Shown one piece after another: positions 47,659 to 56,962 of a stretch of 64,000 bases of DNA. The stretch lies in contig CAXTLC010000009.1 in the NCBI GenBank assembly GCA_964245075.1, forward strand, positions 6,440 through 70,439. Direction: 5' to 3'. The stretch's first letter is position 1, and the number at the start of each line of letters is the position of its first letter. This DNA comes from an uncultured Acetobacteraceae bacterium (GTDB lineage: Bacteria > Pseudomonadota > Alphaproteobacteria > Acetobacterales > Acetobacteraceae). The position numbers and the translations under genes are program-made. Below the pieces are notes generated by a model. That model saw only the letters and a program-made list of their open reading frames with translations, was not told the DNA's origin and searched no databases.

Positions 47659-48614
47659 GCTGCGAGCCGGTCCCGCGGCAGGCAGGCGAGGCTCTCGGCC
47701 AAGCCGGCGGCCACGTCCACCGCCGGCGCCCAGCCGAGCGCCTCCCGCGCCGCGAAGACGGGGTAGGTGGCTTTCTGGGCGAACAGCGCCAGCTCGCTGC
47801 GTGCCGGCGCCCCCAGCAGCCACTCGCTGCCCAAGCCCGGCCGCAGCCGCGCCATCGCCTTCACCGGCAATGCGGCGAGCGTGCGGGCGCGCAGGATCGC
47901 GGGCGGGACGGCGCGCAGGGGCGGTGCGCCGATGCCGTGCGCCAGCAGCGCGAACCACTCGTTCCAAGACACGGCTTGCGGCCCGTTCACGTTGAACGCC
48001 CGCCCGGCCGCACGCGGGGCGGTCAACGCGGCGGCGACTGCGGTGGCGACGTCGGACACGTGGACCAGGTTGCAGGTGCCATCGCCGGCCGCACCGAACA
48101 CGCCCCAACGCCCGGACCGGATGCGGTGCGCCAGCCCGGTCACCCAGAGCGCGCTGCCGGCTCCGTACACGATGGCGGGACGCAGCCGCACCGTCTCGAT
48201 GCCGGCTTGCTGCATGCAAGCCTGTTCCGCCGCGGCCTTCCATGCCGCGTAGCCGGAGCCGTCCGGCGCGACGGCGGCGGTTTCCTCCATCACCATCCCG
48301 GCGGCGGCGCCGTACACCGCCACCGAACTGAGGTGGACGAACCGCCGCACCCCGGCAGCCTCGGCAGCGCGGAGCATGGCGCGCGTGCCGTCCACGGTGA
48401 CGTCGCGGCCACCCACCGCGCAGTGCACCACGGCGTCCATCCCAGCCAGGGCGGCGGCGTCCGGCTGGCGCACGTCCAGCCGGACCGTCCTGTCCCGGCC
48501 ATCCCGCGTTGCCGGGGAGACCGAGAGCCGCGGGTCGGACGCGAGATGCCGGCGCACGTGCCCGCCGATGAAGCCACCCGCACCTGTAAGTAACACAGCG
48601 TACACCGTTGTCAC
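47655..48614 (-). CDS. NAD-dependent epimerase/dehydratase
   Basis: LTGAGGFIGG, VHCA, HLSSVAVYG, YAAWK, RPAIVYG. Confidence 0.88.
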   Translation of the reverse strand: MTTVYAVLLTGAGGFIGGHVRRHLASDPRLSVSPATRDGRDRTVRLDVRQPDAAALAGMDAVVHCAVGGRDVTVDGTRAMLRAAEAAGVRRFVHLSSVAVYGAAAGMVMEETAAVAPDGSGYAAWKAAAEQACMQQAGIETVRLRPAIVYGAGSALWVTGLAHRIRSGRWGVFGAAGDGTCNLVHVSDVATAVAAALTAPRAAGRAFNVNGPQAVSWNEWFALLAHGIGAPPLRAVPPAILRARTLAALPVKAMARLRPGLGSEWLLGAPARSELALFAQKATYPVFAAREALGWAPAVDVAAGLAESLACLPRDRLAA

Positions 48615-48667
48615 CGAAACCGTTCACAACCAGGATATGGCCAGGAAATTTCTCGGCGGTAAACACA

Positions 48668-49801
48668 GTGAATTTCGCGATCGTCGGATGCGGCTACGTC
48701 GCTGACATGTACATGCAGACCTTGCCTGGCCTGGACGGGCTGACCCTGCTGGGCGCGTGGGACCGCGACCCGGCCCGCTTGGCCGCGTTCACCGCCTTCC
48801 ACGGCGTTCCGGCCTTTGGCAGCCTGGACGCGCTGCTGGCCGACGCGCGGGTGCAGCTGGTGGTGAACCTGACCAACCCGCGCAGCCACCACGAGGTCAG
48901 CCTGCGGGCGCTGCAAGCCGGGCGGCACGTGTACTCGGAGAAGCCGCTGGCGATGACGATGGCGGAAGCGGCGGAGCTGGTGGCGGAAGCGGAGGCGCGC
49001 GGCCTTGGCCTGGCTGCCGCCCCCTGCAACCACCTCAGCGACGTCGTGCAGGCACTGAAGCGGGAGCTGAAGGGAGGCCGGCTCGGCCGGGTGCTCCTGG
49101 CGCAGGCCGAGATGGACGACGGCATGGTGCACCGGCTGGACTACGCCACGTGGCGCAGCCGCTCCGGCGCGCCCTGGCCCGCGCGCGACGAGTTCGAGGT
49201 CGGCTGCACCATCGAGCACGCCGGCTACCAGATCACCCCACTGGTCTCGCTCTTCGGGCCGGTGCGCCGGGTGACGGCCTGGAGCGCGCTGAGCGTGCCG
49301 GAGAAGGGCGCAGAACTGGGCGCCGTCGTGACCGCGCCCGACCTGTCGTTCGGCGTGCTGGAATTCGACGGCGGCGTGGTGGCGCGGCTGACCAACAGCA
49401 TCCTCGCCCCGAGCGACCGCTCGCTGCGCGTGGTGGGAGAACTGGGCGTGGCCACCATCCCGGATGTTTGGGAGTACCACACGCCGCTGCGCATCACCGC
49501 CACGGGGATGAGCCTGGCCGCACGGGTGTCACGCAAGGTGGAGAAGAGGGTGTCGGCTTTCGCGCCGGGGCTGCTCCTGTCGAACCGGCTGCCGGTGGCG
49601 CATGGGCGGCGGGTGCCGCGCACGCAGGGCGGGCACCGGATGGATTTCAGCCGCGGCATCGCCCAACTGGCGGCGCAACTGGAACGCGGCGCGCCGGCAC
49701 TGGTCGGGCCGGCGTTGGCGCTGCACGTGACGGAGGTGACGCTGGCGCTGCAGTCGCAAGCTGCCGTGGCGCGGGCGGAAGTCATGCGGACATCGGCGTG
49801 A
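48668..49801 (+). CDS. Gfo/Idh/MocA-family oxidoreductase
   Basis: AIVGCGYVA, VNLTNPRSH, HVYSEKPLA; start inferred at GTG. Confidence 0.9.
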   Translation: MNFAIVGCGYVADMYMQTLPGLDGLTLLGAWDRDPARLAAFTAFHGVPAFGSLDALLADARVQLVVNLTNPRSHHEVSLRALQAGRHVYSEKPLAMTMAEAAELVAEAEARGLGLAAAPCNHLSDVVQALKRELKGGRLGRVLLAQAEMDDGMVHRLDYATWRSRSGAPWPARDEFEVGCTIEHAGYQITPLVSLFGPVRRVTAWSALSVPEKGAELGAVVTAPDLSFGVLEFDGGVVARLTNSILAPSDRSLRVVGELGVATIPDVWEYHTPLRITATGMSLAARVSRKVEKRVSAFAPGLLLSNRLPVAHGRRVPRTQGGHRMDFSRGIAQLAAQLERGAPALVGPALALHVTEVTLALQSQAAVARAEVMRTSA

Positions 49802-49833
49802 GCAGGCTGGGGCAAGCGCGGACCGGCTGCTTG

Positions 49834-49978
49834 CCCCCTCGCTCACCGGCTCCTAGGAGAGGGCGACATCGCTGACCGCGCATCGCCGAAGGTCCCTTTC
49901 CCTTGGAGGAGCTTGGGCGAGGGGTCTTGCCGATACGCATGGCCGACCTTGCGGCCCTTCCCCGGAGGAAAGGGGGAG
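49834..49978. repeat. Degenerate REP-like palindromic element(s), same family as the mutS insert
   Basis: CCCTTTCCCTTGGAGGAGCTTGGGCGAGGGG ... GGCCCTTCCCCGGAGGAAAGGGGG, preceded by CCCCCTCGCTCACCGGCTCCTAGGAGAGGG. Confidence 0.55.
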
Positions 49979-50005
49979 CAACCCTAACCGACAGAGAGAC
50001 GCATC

Positions 50006-51160
50006 ATGTCCGAGAGCACGACCGCCCCGAAGCCCAAGAAATCCGTCGCCTTGTCCGGCGTCACGGCCGGCAACACCGCGCTGTGCACCGTCGGCCGCAC
50101 CGGGAACGACCTGCATTACCGCGGATACGACATCCTCGAGATCGCCGAAACCTGCGAGTTCGAGGAGATCGCCCATCTCCTGGTGCACGGCACGCTGCCC
50201 ACCGAAGCGCAGCTGCGCGCCTACAAGGCCAAGCTGCACGCGCTCCGCGGGCTGCCCACCGCCGTCCGCAACGTGCTGGAAGCGTTGCCGGCGTCCACGC
50301 ATCCGATGGACGTCATGCGCACCGGCGTGTCGGCGCTCGGCTGCATGCTGCCGGAAAGGGAGGACCACAATCACCCAGGCGCGCGCGACATCGCCGACCG
50401 GCTCATGGCATCGCTCGGCTCCATGCTGCTCTACTGGTTCCATTACGCGCAGAACGGCAAGCGCATCAGGATCGAGACCGACGACGACAGCATCGGCGGC
50501 CACTTCCTCCACCTGCTGCACGGCGCGCCGCCTTCGGCGGAATGGGTGCGGGCGATGCACACCTCGCTGAACCTGTATGCGGAACACGAGTTCAACGCGT
50601 CCACCTTCACCGCGCGGGTGGTCGCGGGCACGGGCGCGGACATGTACAGCGCCGTCACCGGCGCCATCGGCGCGCTGCGCGGCCCCAAGCACGGCGGCGC
50701 CAACGAAGTGGCGCTTGAGATCCAGCAACGCTACGCGAGCCCCGACGAGGCGGAGGCGGATATCCGCCGCCGGGTCGCCAACAAGGAGGTCGTGATCGGC
50801 TTCGGCCACCCGGTTTACACCGTGGCGGACCCGCGCAACGTCATCATCAAGGGCGTTGCCAAGCGCTTGGCCGATGCCGCCGGGGACACCACCATGTTCG
50901 CAGTGGCGGAACGGCTGGAAAGCGTGATGGCGGACGCCAAGCGCATGTTCGCCAACCTCGACTGGTTCAGCGCCGTGTCCTACCGGATGATGCGCGTGCC
51001 GACGGCGATGTTCACGCCGCTGTTCGTCATCGCGCGCACCTCCGGCTGGGCGGCGCACGTGATCGAGCAGCGCATCGACAACAAGATCATCCGTCCGGCG
51101 GCGAACTACACCGGGCCGGAAGACCGAACCTTCGTCCCGTTGGCGGAGCGGACTGCTTGA
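50006..51160 (+). CDS. prpC: 2-methylcitrate synthase
   Basis: [65 protein letters not shown]. Confidence 0.9.
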   Translation: MSESTTAPKPKKSVALSGVTAGNTALCTVGRTGNDLHYRGYDILEIAETCEFEEIAHLLVHGTLPTEAQLRAYKAKLHALRGLPTAVRNVLEALPASTHPMDVMRTGVSALGCMLPEREDHNHPGARDIADRLMASLGSMLLYWFHYAQNGKRIRIETDDDSIGGHFLHLLHGAPPSAEWVRAMHTSLNLYAEHEFNASTFTARVVAGTGADMYSAVTGAIGALRGPKHGGANEVALEIQQRYASPDEAEADIRRRVANKEVVIGFGHPVYTVADPRNVIIKGVAKRLADAAGDTTMFAVAERLESVMADAKRMFANLDWFSAVSYRMMRVPTAMFTPLFVIARTSGWAAHVIEQRIDNKIIRPAANYTGPEDRTFVPLAERTA

Positions 51161-51176
51161 GACGTTTGTGCTGAAT

Positions 51177-51208
51177 AAAACAAGTATTCGCGTTGTTTTT
51201 GTTTGACA
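51177..51208 (+). promoter_or_regulatory. AT-rich inverted repeat plus consensus -35
   Basis: AAAACAA-N9-TTGTTTT (51177-51199) followed by TTGACA (51203-51208). Confidence 0.5.
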
Positions 51209-51423
51209 TGCAAACGGCGCACGCGAGATAGCGGGAGAGCGTGCGCAGCCTCCGCCATCGGGATGGAGGCGGCAGGTTGGTGAGGGAGAACGGTCGATGC
51301 GCCCAATCTGCCGCGGTCGTCTCCTCACCGCTGCGGCCCAGGCGTGTTCCGCTTCGAAGGCGCCTGCCTGCCTCACGTGTCAGCCGCCGGCCCGCGCGAC
51401 CCGGCGGTTCCCACCGGCGCGGT

Positions 51424-51448
51424 GGAACCGGCTGCACATGCGGCCGTT
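51424..51448 (+). promoter_or_regulatory. EcfG/sigmaT general-stress promoter
   Basis: Exact GGAAC-N16-CGTT, 40 nt before ATG 51489 (AAGGA RBS). Confidence 0.7.
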
Positions 51449-51488
51449 CGCTTTCACGAGACTTGCAACGGCCCTAAGGAAACAAGCA

Positions 51489-52118
51489 ATGGACAATGAA
51501 GACACGAGGCAGCCCGCTCCCCGCGCCCAGGCGATGGCGGTGAGGGCTCCAACGAAGACTGCGCCCAAGGTGGCGGCCAAGCCTGCTGCCGCGAAGAAGC
51601 CAGCGGCGGCGAAGGCTGCTCCGAAGCCGGCGAAGGCTGCGGCGAAAGCGGCCCCGGCTAAGGCTGTCCCGGTTAAGGCTGCCCCGGCCAAGGCTGTCCC
51701 GGCAAAGGCCGCCAAGCCTGTCCCGGCGAAGGCCGCCAAGCCTGGCTCGAAGCCGGCCAGCAAGTCCGAGGCGGCCAAGACGATGAGGACCGCCAAGGCC
51801 CCGGCCGCGCGTTCCGCCGCCGCGAAGGCGCTCAGCTCCTCCAAGGCGGGCGCTGCGGCCGCGCCGGCGAGGAAGGCTGCGCCGAAGCCGGCAGCCTCCG
51901 CCAAGGCGGCCCCGAAAGCCGCCAAGACGAAGGTCGCCGCGAAGCCAGCCGCAAACAAGACGGAAGCCTCCAAGACGATGCGGACGGCCAAGTCGCCGGC
52001 CGCGCGTTCGGCCGCGGCGAAGGAGCTGAGTTCGGCTGCGCCCAAGGCCCGCCGCCGCAAGGGCGCCGACGCGACGCCCGAACCGACCACCGCCCAGACC
52101 AGCGACTCGATCAACTAG
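51489..52118 (+). CDS. Histone H1-like Lys/Ala/Pro-rich protein
   Basis: PAKA/KPAA/PAK repeats; a 21-aa module KTMRTAKxPAARSAAAKxLSS occurs twice. Confidence 0.75.
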   Translation: MDNEDTRQPAPRAQAMAVRAPTKTAPKVAAKPAAAKKPAAAKAAPKPAKAAAKAAPAKAVPVKAAPAKAVPAKAAKPVPAKAAKPGSKPASKSEAAKTMRTAKAPAARSAAAKALSSSKAGAAAAPARKAAPKPAASAKAAPKAAKTKVAAKPAANKTEASKTMRTAKSPAARSAAAKELSSAAPKARRRKGADATPEPTTAQTSDSIN

Positions 52119-52160
52119 AGCGTCATCCGACCGTATCCAGACGGCGCTCGCCCTTAAACG

Positions 52161-52194
52161 TCCCCGCCCGGCCTATGGAAGGCCCGGGTGGGGA
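52161..52194. terminator. Hairpin between convergent genes
   Basis: TCCCCGCCCGGCCT-ATGGA-AGGCCCGGGTGGGGA. Confidence 0.5.
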
Positions 52195-52234
52195 TTGGAC
52201 GGAAAGCAGGCTCCTTCCAGGATGCCTCGACAGC

Positions 52235-52861
52235 TCAGCCGAACGTGGCGAGCAGGTCCTCGACCTGGCCCGGCGTCAGAACCCTAGGCGACAAGCCGCG
52301 CAGCAGCAGCGCCAGCCTCGCCGCCTCCTCCAACTCCTCAGCCGCATACACGGCGTCGGTCAGCGTCGGGCCGGACACCACCGGCCCATGATTGGCGAGC
52401 AGCACGGCCCGTGAGCCGGCCGCCGCTTCGGCGATCGCGGGCTCCATCGCCGGGTCACCGGGACGGTAATACGGCACCAGCGGCAGCACGGGGCCGATGC
52501 GCATGACGAAGTAGGGCGTCAGCGCCGGCATCGCCTCGCCGCCGGGCAGGCAGGCAAGGGCGGTGGCCATGGTGGAATGCAGGTGCACCACCGCGCCCGC
52601 CCCTGGCCGAGCTTGATAGAAGGCGCGATGCATGAAGACTTCCTTCGACGGCCTGTCGCCGCCGACGTGGGCGAACGCTTCGTCCAGCCGTGACAGCCGC
52701 GCCGGGTCGAGCCGCCCGAGCGAGGAGTTGGTGGGCGTGATCAGGAAGCCGCCTTCCGCCAACCGCGCGCTGACATTGCCGGCGCTGCCGACGCTGAACC
52801 CGCGCGCGAACAGGCTGGCGGCCAGCTCCACCAGGAGCCGGCGGGTCTCGTCCTCGGTCAT
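52235..52861 (-). CDS. otnC: Class II aldolase, 3-oxo-tetronate 4-phosphate decarboxylase-like
   Basis: GSAGNVSARL, ITPTNSSLGRL, PSKEVFMH, VVHLHST, LLANHGPVV; follows otnK. Confidence 0.85.
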   Translation of the reverse strand: MTEDETRRLLVELAASLFARGFSVGSAGNVSARLAEGGFLITPTNSSLGRLDPARLSRLDEAFAHVGGDRPSKEVFMHRAFYQARPGAGAVVHLHSTMATALACLPGGEAMPALTPYFVMRIGPVLPLVPYYRPGDPAMEPAIAEAAAGSRAVLLANHGPVVSGPTLTDAVYAAEELEEAARLALLLRGLSPRVLTPGQVEDLLATFG

Positions 52862-54117
52862 GGCGCATCGAACGCCGCGGTGAAGAAATCGCGACCGCCG
52901 AAGTTGCCGGACTTGAGCGCCAGCCGCATCGCCGGGCCATCGCCTTCGGCGTAGGTCCAGGGCACGCCAGGGTCGATCTCCGCGCCGATCCGCAACCGGC
53001 GCACGCCGAGCCTGGACACCACGGCGCCGGCCGTCTCGCCGCCCGCCACCACCATGCGCCGCACCCCCGCACCCACCAGCCCGGCCGCCACCGCCGCCAG
53101 CGCCTGCTCCACCAGCGTGCCGGCGGCGTCCCGCCCGAGCTTGGCTTGCAGCGCCGCCACCCGGTCCGGCGGCGCGGACGCGGCGATCACCACGGGGGTG
53201 TCACCCAATCTGCCGTCCGCCCAGGCCAGCGCCTGCCGCGCCAGCGCGTCCGCATCCGGCGTGGCGAGCGGGTCCAACTCCAAGGTCGGCACCTGGTCCC
53301 GCGCCGCGCCCAATTGGTAGAGCGTCGCGCGCGAGCATGACCCGGCGAGCACCGCCGCGTGACCCGGCGCTGCCGGCAGCGCGGGCACGTCGCGGTCCTC
53401 GCGCAGGGTGCCGGCCGCCCGGAAGTTGCCCGGCAAGCCCATTGCCACGCCCGAGCCGCCTGTCAGCAGCGGGTGCCCTGCCGCCGCCGTGCCGATCGCC
53501 AGCAGGTCGGCCTCGGTGATGGCATCCACGATCGCGTAGCGACGGCCGGCTTCCTTCAGCGCGCCCATCGCCCGGCGGATCGCCTCCGGCCCTTTCGCCA
53601 CCGTGGCCCAGGGCACAAGCCCGACGCCGGACTCGGTTTGGCGGGACAGCACGCGGACGAGGTTGGCGTCGCGCATCGGGGTCAACGGATGATGCTCCAT
53701 CCCGCTCTCGTTCAGCAGCGCGCTGCCGACGAACAGATGGCCCTGGAACACGGTGCGGCCATTGGCGGGAAGGGCTGGGCAGGCCAGCGCGAAGCCGCAT
53801 TGCAGCGCCTGAACCAGCGCATCCGCGACCGGGCCGATGTTGCCCTCCTCCGTGCTGTCGAAGGTGGAGCAGTATTTCTGGAAGAACTGCCGGCAGCCGG
53901 CTTCTTGCAGCCAGCGCAGCGCGGCCAAGCTGTCGCGCACCGCCTGGCCCGCCGGCGACGTGCGGGACTTGAGCGCCACGACGACGGCGTCGGCGTCGGC
54001 GGGCGCCGGGCCGCTCGGGACGCCGATGAGCTGCACCGTCCGCATCCCGCCGCGCACCAGGGTGGAGGCGAGATCGGTCGCGCCGGTGAAGTCGTCCGCT
54101 ATGCAGCCGAGCAGCAT
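52858..54117 (-). CDS. otnK: 3-oxo-tetronate kinase (four-carbon acid sugar kinase family)
   Basis: LGCIADDFTGATDL, ALKSRT, KYCSTFDST, GNIGPV, VAGGETAG, LKSGNFG. Confidence 0.9.
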   Translation of the reverse strand: MLLGCIADDFTGATDLASTLVRGGMRTVQLIGVPSGPAPADADAVVVALKSRTSPAGQAVRDSLAALRWLQEAGCRQFFQKYCSTFDSTEEGNIGPVADALVQALQCGFALACPALPANGRTVFQGHLFVGSALLNESGMEHHPLTPMRDANLVRVLSRQTESGVGLVPWATVAKGPEAIRRAMGALKEAGRRYAIVDAITEADLLAIGTAAAGHPLLTGGSGVAMGLPGNFRAAGTLREDRDVPALPAAPGHAAVLAGSCSRATLYQLGAARDQVPTLELDPLATPDADALARQALAWADGRLGDTPVVIAASAPPDRVAALQAKLGRDAAGTLVEQALAAVAAGLVGAGVRRMVVAGGETAGAVVSRLGVRRLRIGAEIDPGVPWTYAEGDGPAMRLALKSGNFGGRDFFTAAFDAP

Positions 54118-55052
54118 GTGGCCTCCACGAAGCGTTGGGCCTGCGCGCGCCAGGTCGGCAGGGCCTGGCCGGCCCGCCAGGCCGCTTCCGCCATGTCGGC
54201 GCGCAGGCCCGTGTCGAAGATCAAGCGGCGTATCGCCTTGGACAGCCCGTCCGCGTCACCCGGCTCGCAGACCACGCCGACGGCCGGGGCCACCAGCTCC
54301 GCGGCGCCGCCGCCAGCGGTGACGGCGACCGGCAGGCCCCGGCGCAGCGCTTCGGCGACGGCCGCGGAGTGCCCTTCCCACTCGGTGGCGAGCGCGAACA
54401 GGTCGGCGCTGCGCCAGGCCGCGTCCAGCGCGGCGTCACCGAGCATGCCGGCGAACTGCACTTGCCCGGTGTCGCCGGCCAGGGCGCGCAGCTCGTCCGC
54501 ATACGCCGGGTCGCGCGTGGCGCCCACGATCACCAGGCGCCAAGGCAGGTCGAACAAGCGTTGCAGGGCGCGGATCAGCACCGCATGGCCCTTGCGCGGC
54601 GCGAGCGCGCCGACCGACAGCACGGTGCAGCCAGGCCCGCCCGAGCCGGTGGAGCGCGAAACGTCCGGCACGCCGGGCGGGATGACCGTGAGCTTGGCCG
54701 GGTGGACGCCGAACTCCGCCACGAGACGGTCGCCGACCGGGCGGCTGGTGGCGACGACGTGGCGCAGCAGCGGCAGCCGCTCGCGTTCGGCCGTGCGGAC
54801 GGCTTCCCGCTCGGCGTCGCTGGCCAGCGCGGCCGTGTGATGCACCAGGCCGATCGAACCCGGGATCTCGGCCAGTGGCGCTGACCGCAGCCGTATTCCG
54901 TCGATGACTTTCACGGACGGTTCGGCGGATGGAAGCTCATGCGAGACGCGATGCCCGGCGGCGATCAGGGCATTGCGAAGGCCCGTGATATAAGCCCCGC
55001 CGCCTTCAAGGCTCGGCTCGTTGTCTGGCAAGTAGAAGCAATAATCCGTCAC
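54099..55052 (-). CDS. Glycosyltransferase family 4
   Basis: GGGAYI, LVHH, VGALAPRKGH, WEGHSAAVAEAL; GTG start inferred. Confidence 0.85.
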   Translation of the reverse strand: MTDYCFYLPDNEPSLEGGGAYITGLRNALIAAGHRVSHELPSAEPSVKVIDGIRLRSAPLAEIPGSIGLVHHTAALASDAEREAVRTAERERLPLLRHVVATSRPVGDRLVAEFGVHPAKLTVIPPGVPDVSRSTGSGGPGCTVLSVGALAPRKGHAVLIRALQRLFDLPWRLVIVGATRDPAYADELRALAGDTGQVQFAGMLGDAALDAAWRSADLFALATEWEGHSAAVAEALRRGLPVAVTAGGGAAELVAPAVGVVCEPGDADGLSKAIRRLIFDTGLRADMAEAAWRAGQALPTWRAQAQRFVEATCCSAA

Positions 55053-55083
55053 CGCTTGGCGATAGCACGCCGGGCTTGCGGCG

Positions 55084-55467
55084 TCATGCGTGAGCGGACA
55101 GCGCCCAGCCGGCGGCCGGCCGGGTCGCGTAGCCGCCGGTGCGCCCGTAGCGCGGCGCCGGGTTGGCCGCACGCGCGGCGCCTGCCAGCACGCCCAGCAC
55201 ACGCGTCTGCACCGCGATGGCGCGCTCCAGCAAGCGCCGGTTCTCCTCCGCCAGGGTCCGCAGCCGGGCGGCCGCCGAGCGCAGGGCAGGGGAGGGCTTG
55301 GCCCCCGCTCCAGCCGCCGCCCTGGCTGCCGTCAGCAGCGCGGCGACGGCCTGCTTCTCCGGCAGCAGCCGCGCAGCGCCCGGCAGGTCCAGCGCCCGCA
55401 ATGCGGCGTTCTCCGCCGCCACCGTGTCAGCCAGCCGCGTCATCGTCCGCAGCAGATCGTCCGTCAT
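55084..55467 (-). CDS. FlgN-like flagellar export chaperone
   Basis: Helical (VAAENAALRALDL...LAEENRRLLERAI...RYGRTG); ATGA-coupled to flgJ. Confidence 0.6.
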   Translation of the reverse strand: MTDDLLRTMTRLADTVAAENAALRALDLPGAARLLPEKQAVAALLTAARAAAGAGAKPSPALRSAAARLRTLAEENRRLLERAIAVQTRVLGVLAGAARAANPAPRYGRTGGYATRPAAGWALSAHA

Positions 55468-55811
55468 GCGCCGTTCCCCCTGGTTTCTGGCGTTTGGGTT
55501 TCCTGCGTTTGGGCTTCCTGCATCTGGATCATCTGGCGGAACACCGGCTGCGCGATGCCGAGGCCGCCGGACCGGGCGATCTGCTTGGCCAGCGCGTCCA
55601 CCAGCAGCGGCTTCCACTGCGTTTCCGCTTGGCCGCCGCCGAGCGGGGTGCCGGACAGGTCCACCGTGTCGAACATGGGGGCGAGGAACTGGTTGAGCGC
55701 CATCGCCTCGAAGTCCTGCGACGCTTTCCAGGCCTTCTGCACCTGCGCGGACGGCAGCGTGGTTCGGATGGTGGGGGCGTCCATCATCGTGCCCAAGGGT
55801 GCGTTCGGCAT
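55464..55811 (-). CDS. flgJ: FlgJ-like rod-binding protein (no muramidase domain)
   Basis: KASQDFEAMALNQFLAPMF...GGGQAETQWKPLL...ARSGGLGIA. Confidence 0.8.
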   Translation of the reverse strand: MPNAPLGTMMDAPTIRTTLPSAQVQKAWKASQDFEAMALNQFLAPMFDTVDLSGTPLGGGQAETQWKPLLVDALAKQIARSGGLGIAQPVFRQMIQMQEAQTQETQTPETRGNGA

Positions 55812-56911
55812 CAGCGCACCTGCAGGTCGGCTTGGAGCGCGCCGGCCGCCTTGATGGATTGCAGGATGCTGATCATGTCGCGCGGCCCCACCCCCAGCGA
55901 GTTCATGCTCGCCACCAGGTCCCGCAAGGTCACGCTGCCGCGGATGATGCCCAGCCGCTTGTCCGAGGAGTCGTCCACCTGCACGCCCGTGCGCGGCACG
56001 GTCGTCGTCGTGCCGTTGGAAAGCGGGCCGGGCTGCGAGACCTGCGGCGTTTCCGTCACCCGGATGGTCAGGTTGCCCTGCGCGATGGCCACCGTGCTGA
56101 TGCGGACGTTGGCGCCCATCACGATGGTGCCGCTGGCCTCGTCGATCACCACGACGGCCGGGCTGTCCGGCTCGACCCGCAGGTCCTCGATGACGCCCAG
56201 CGCGTCCACCACGCTGCGTCCGCCGAGGTTCAGCGCCACCGTGCGCGGGTCCCGCGCCGTGGCCACCCCGCCGCCAAGCGCCGCGTTGATCGCGACCTGG
56301 ATGCGCCGCGCGGTGGTCAGGTCCGGGTTGCGCAGGCCGAGCCGCAGTTCCGGCCGGTCGCCCAGCGCGTAAGGCAGCTCCTTCTCCACCGTGGCGCCGT
56401 TGCTGATGCGCCCGGCGGTGGGGATGTTGCGGGTGACGGAGGTGGCGGCCCCGCGCGCCGCGATGGCCCCCGTGGCCAGCGCGCCTTGCGCCACGGCATA
56501 CACCTCCCCATCCGCGCCCAGCAGCGGCGTCACCAGCAGGGTGCCGCCCGTGAGGTCCTTCGCGTCGCCCAGGGCGGACACGCCGATGTCGATCCGGCTG
56601 CCGCCCCGGGCGAAGGCGGGCAGGTTGGCTGTCACCATCACGGCGGCGACGTTCTTGGTTTGCAGCTTGGTTTCCTGGTCCCGCGTGTTGACGCCCAGGC
56701 GCTCCAGCATGCCGATCAGCGACTGCCGGGTGAACACCGCGTTGTCCAGCCGGTCCCCGGTGCCGTTCAGGCCGACGACCAGGCCGTATCCGACCAGTTG
56801 GTTCTCCCGGATGCCTTCCACGTCGGCGATGTCCTTGATGCGGACCTCCGCGGCGGCAAGCACGGGAAGCAGCAGGAGCAGGGCGGAAAACAGCAGCGGG
56901 CGCAATTGCAT
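55811..56911 (-). CDS. flgI: Flagellar P-ring protein
   Basis: RIKDIADVEGIRENQLVGYGLVVGLNGTGD, KNVAAVMVTA, LQSIKAAGALQA. Confidence 0.98.
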   Translation of the reverse strand: MQLRPLLFSALLLLLPVLAAAEVRIKDIADVEGIRENQLVGYGLVVGLNGTGDRLDNAVFTRQSLIGMLERLGVNTRDQETKLQTKNVAAVMVTANLPAFARGGSRIDIGVSALGDAKDLTGGTLLVTPLLGADGEVYAVAQGALATGAIAARGAATSVTRNIPTAGRISNGATVEKELPYALGDRPELRLGLRNPDLTTARRIQVAINAALGGGVATARDPRTVALNLGGRSVVDALGVIEDLRVEPDSPAVVVIDEASGTIVMGANVRISTVAIAQGNLTIRVTETPQVSQPGPLSNGTTTTVPRTGVQVDDSSDKRLGIIRGSVTLRDLVASMNSLGVGPRDMISILQSIKAAGALQADLQVR

Positions 56912-56962
56912 CGGATATTTCCGGCTCGTTCAGCTTTGGCAGGCACTCTCACGGCAGTAAGC

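Noticed and set aside
46678-48666. 662-aa ORF joining epimerase region and GT2
   Set aside because: The epimerase is in another frame; GT2 starts at 47658 with a GTGA overlap.
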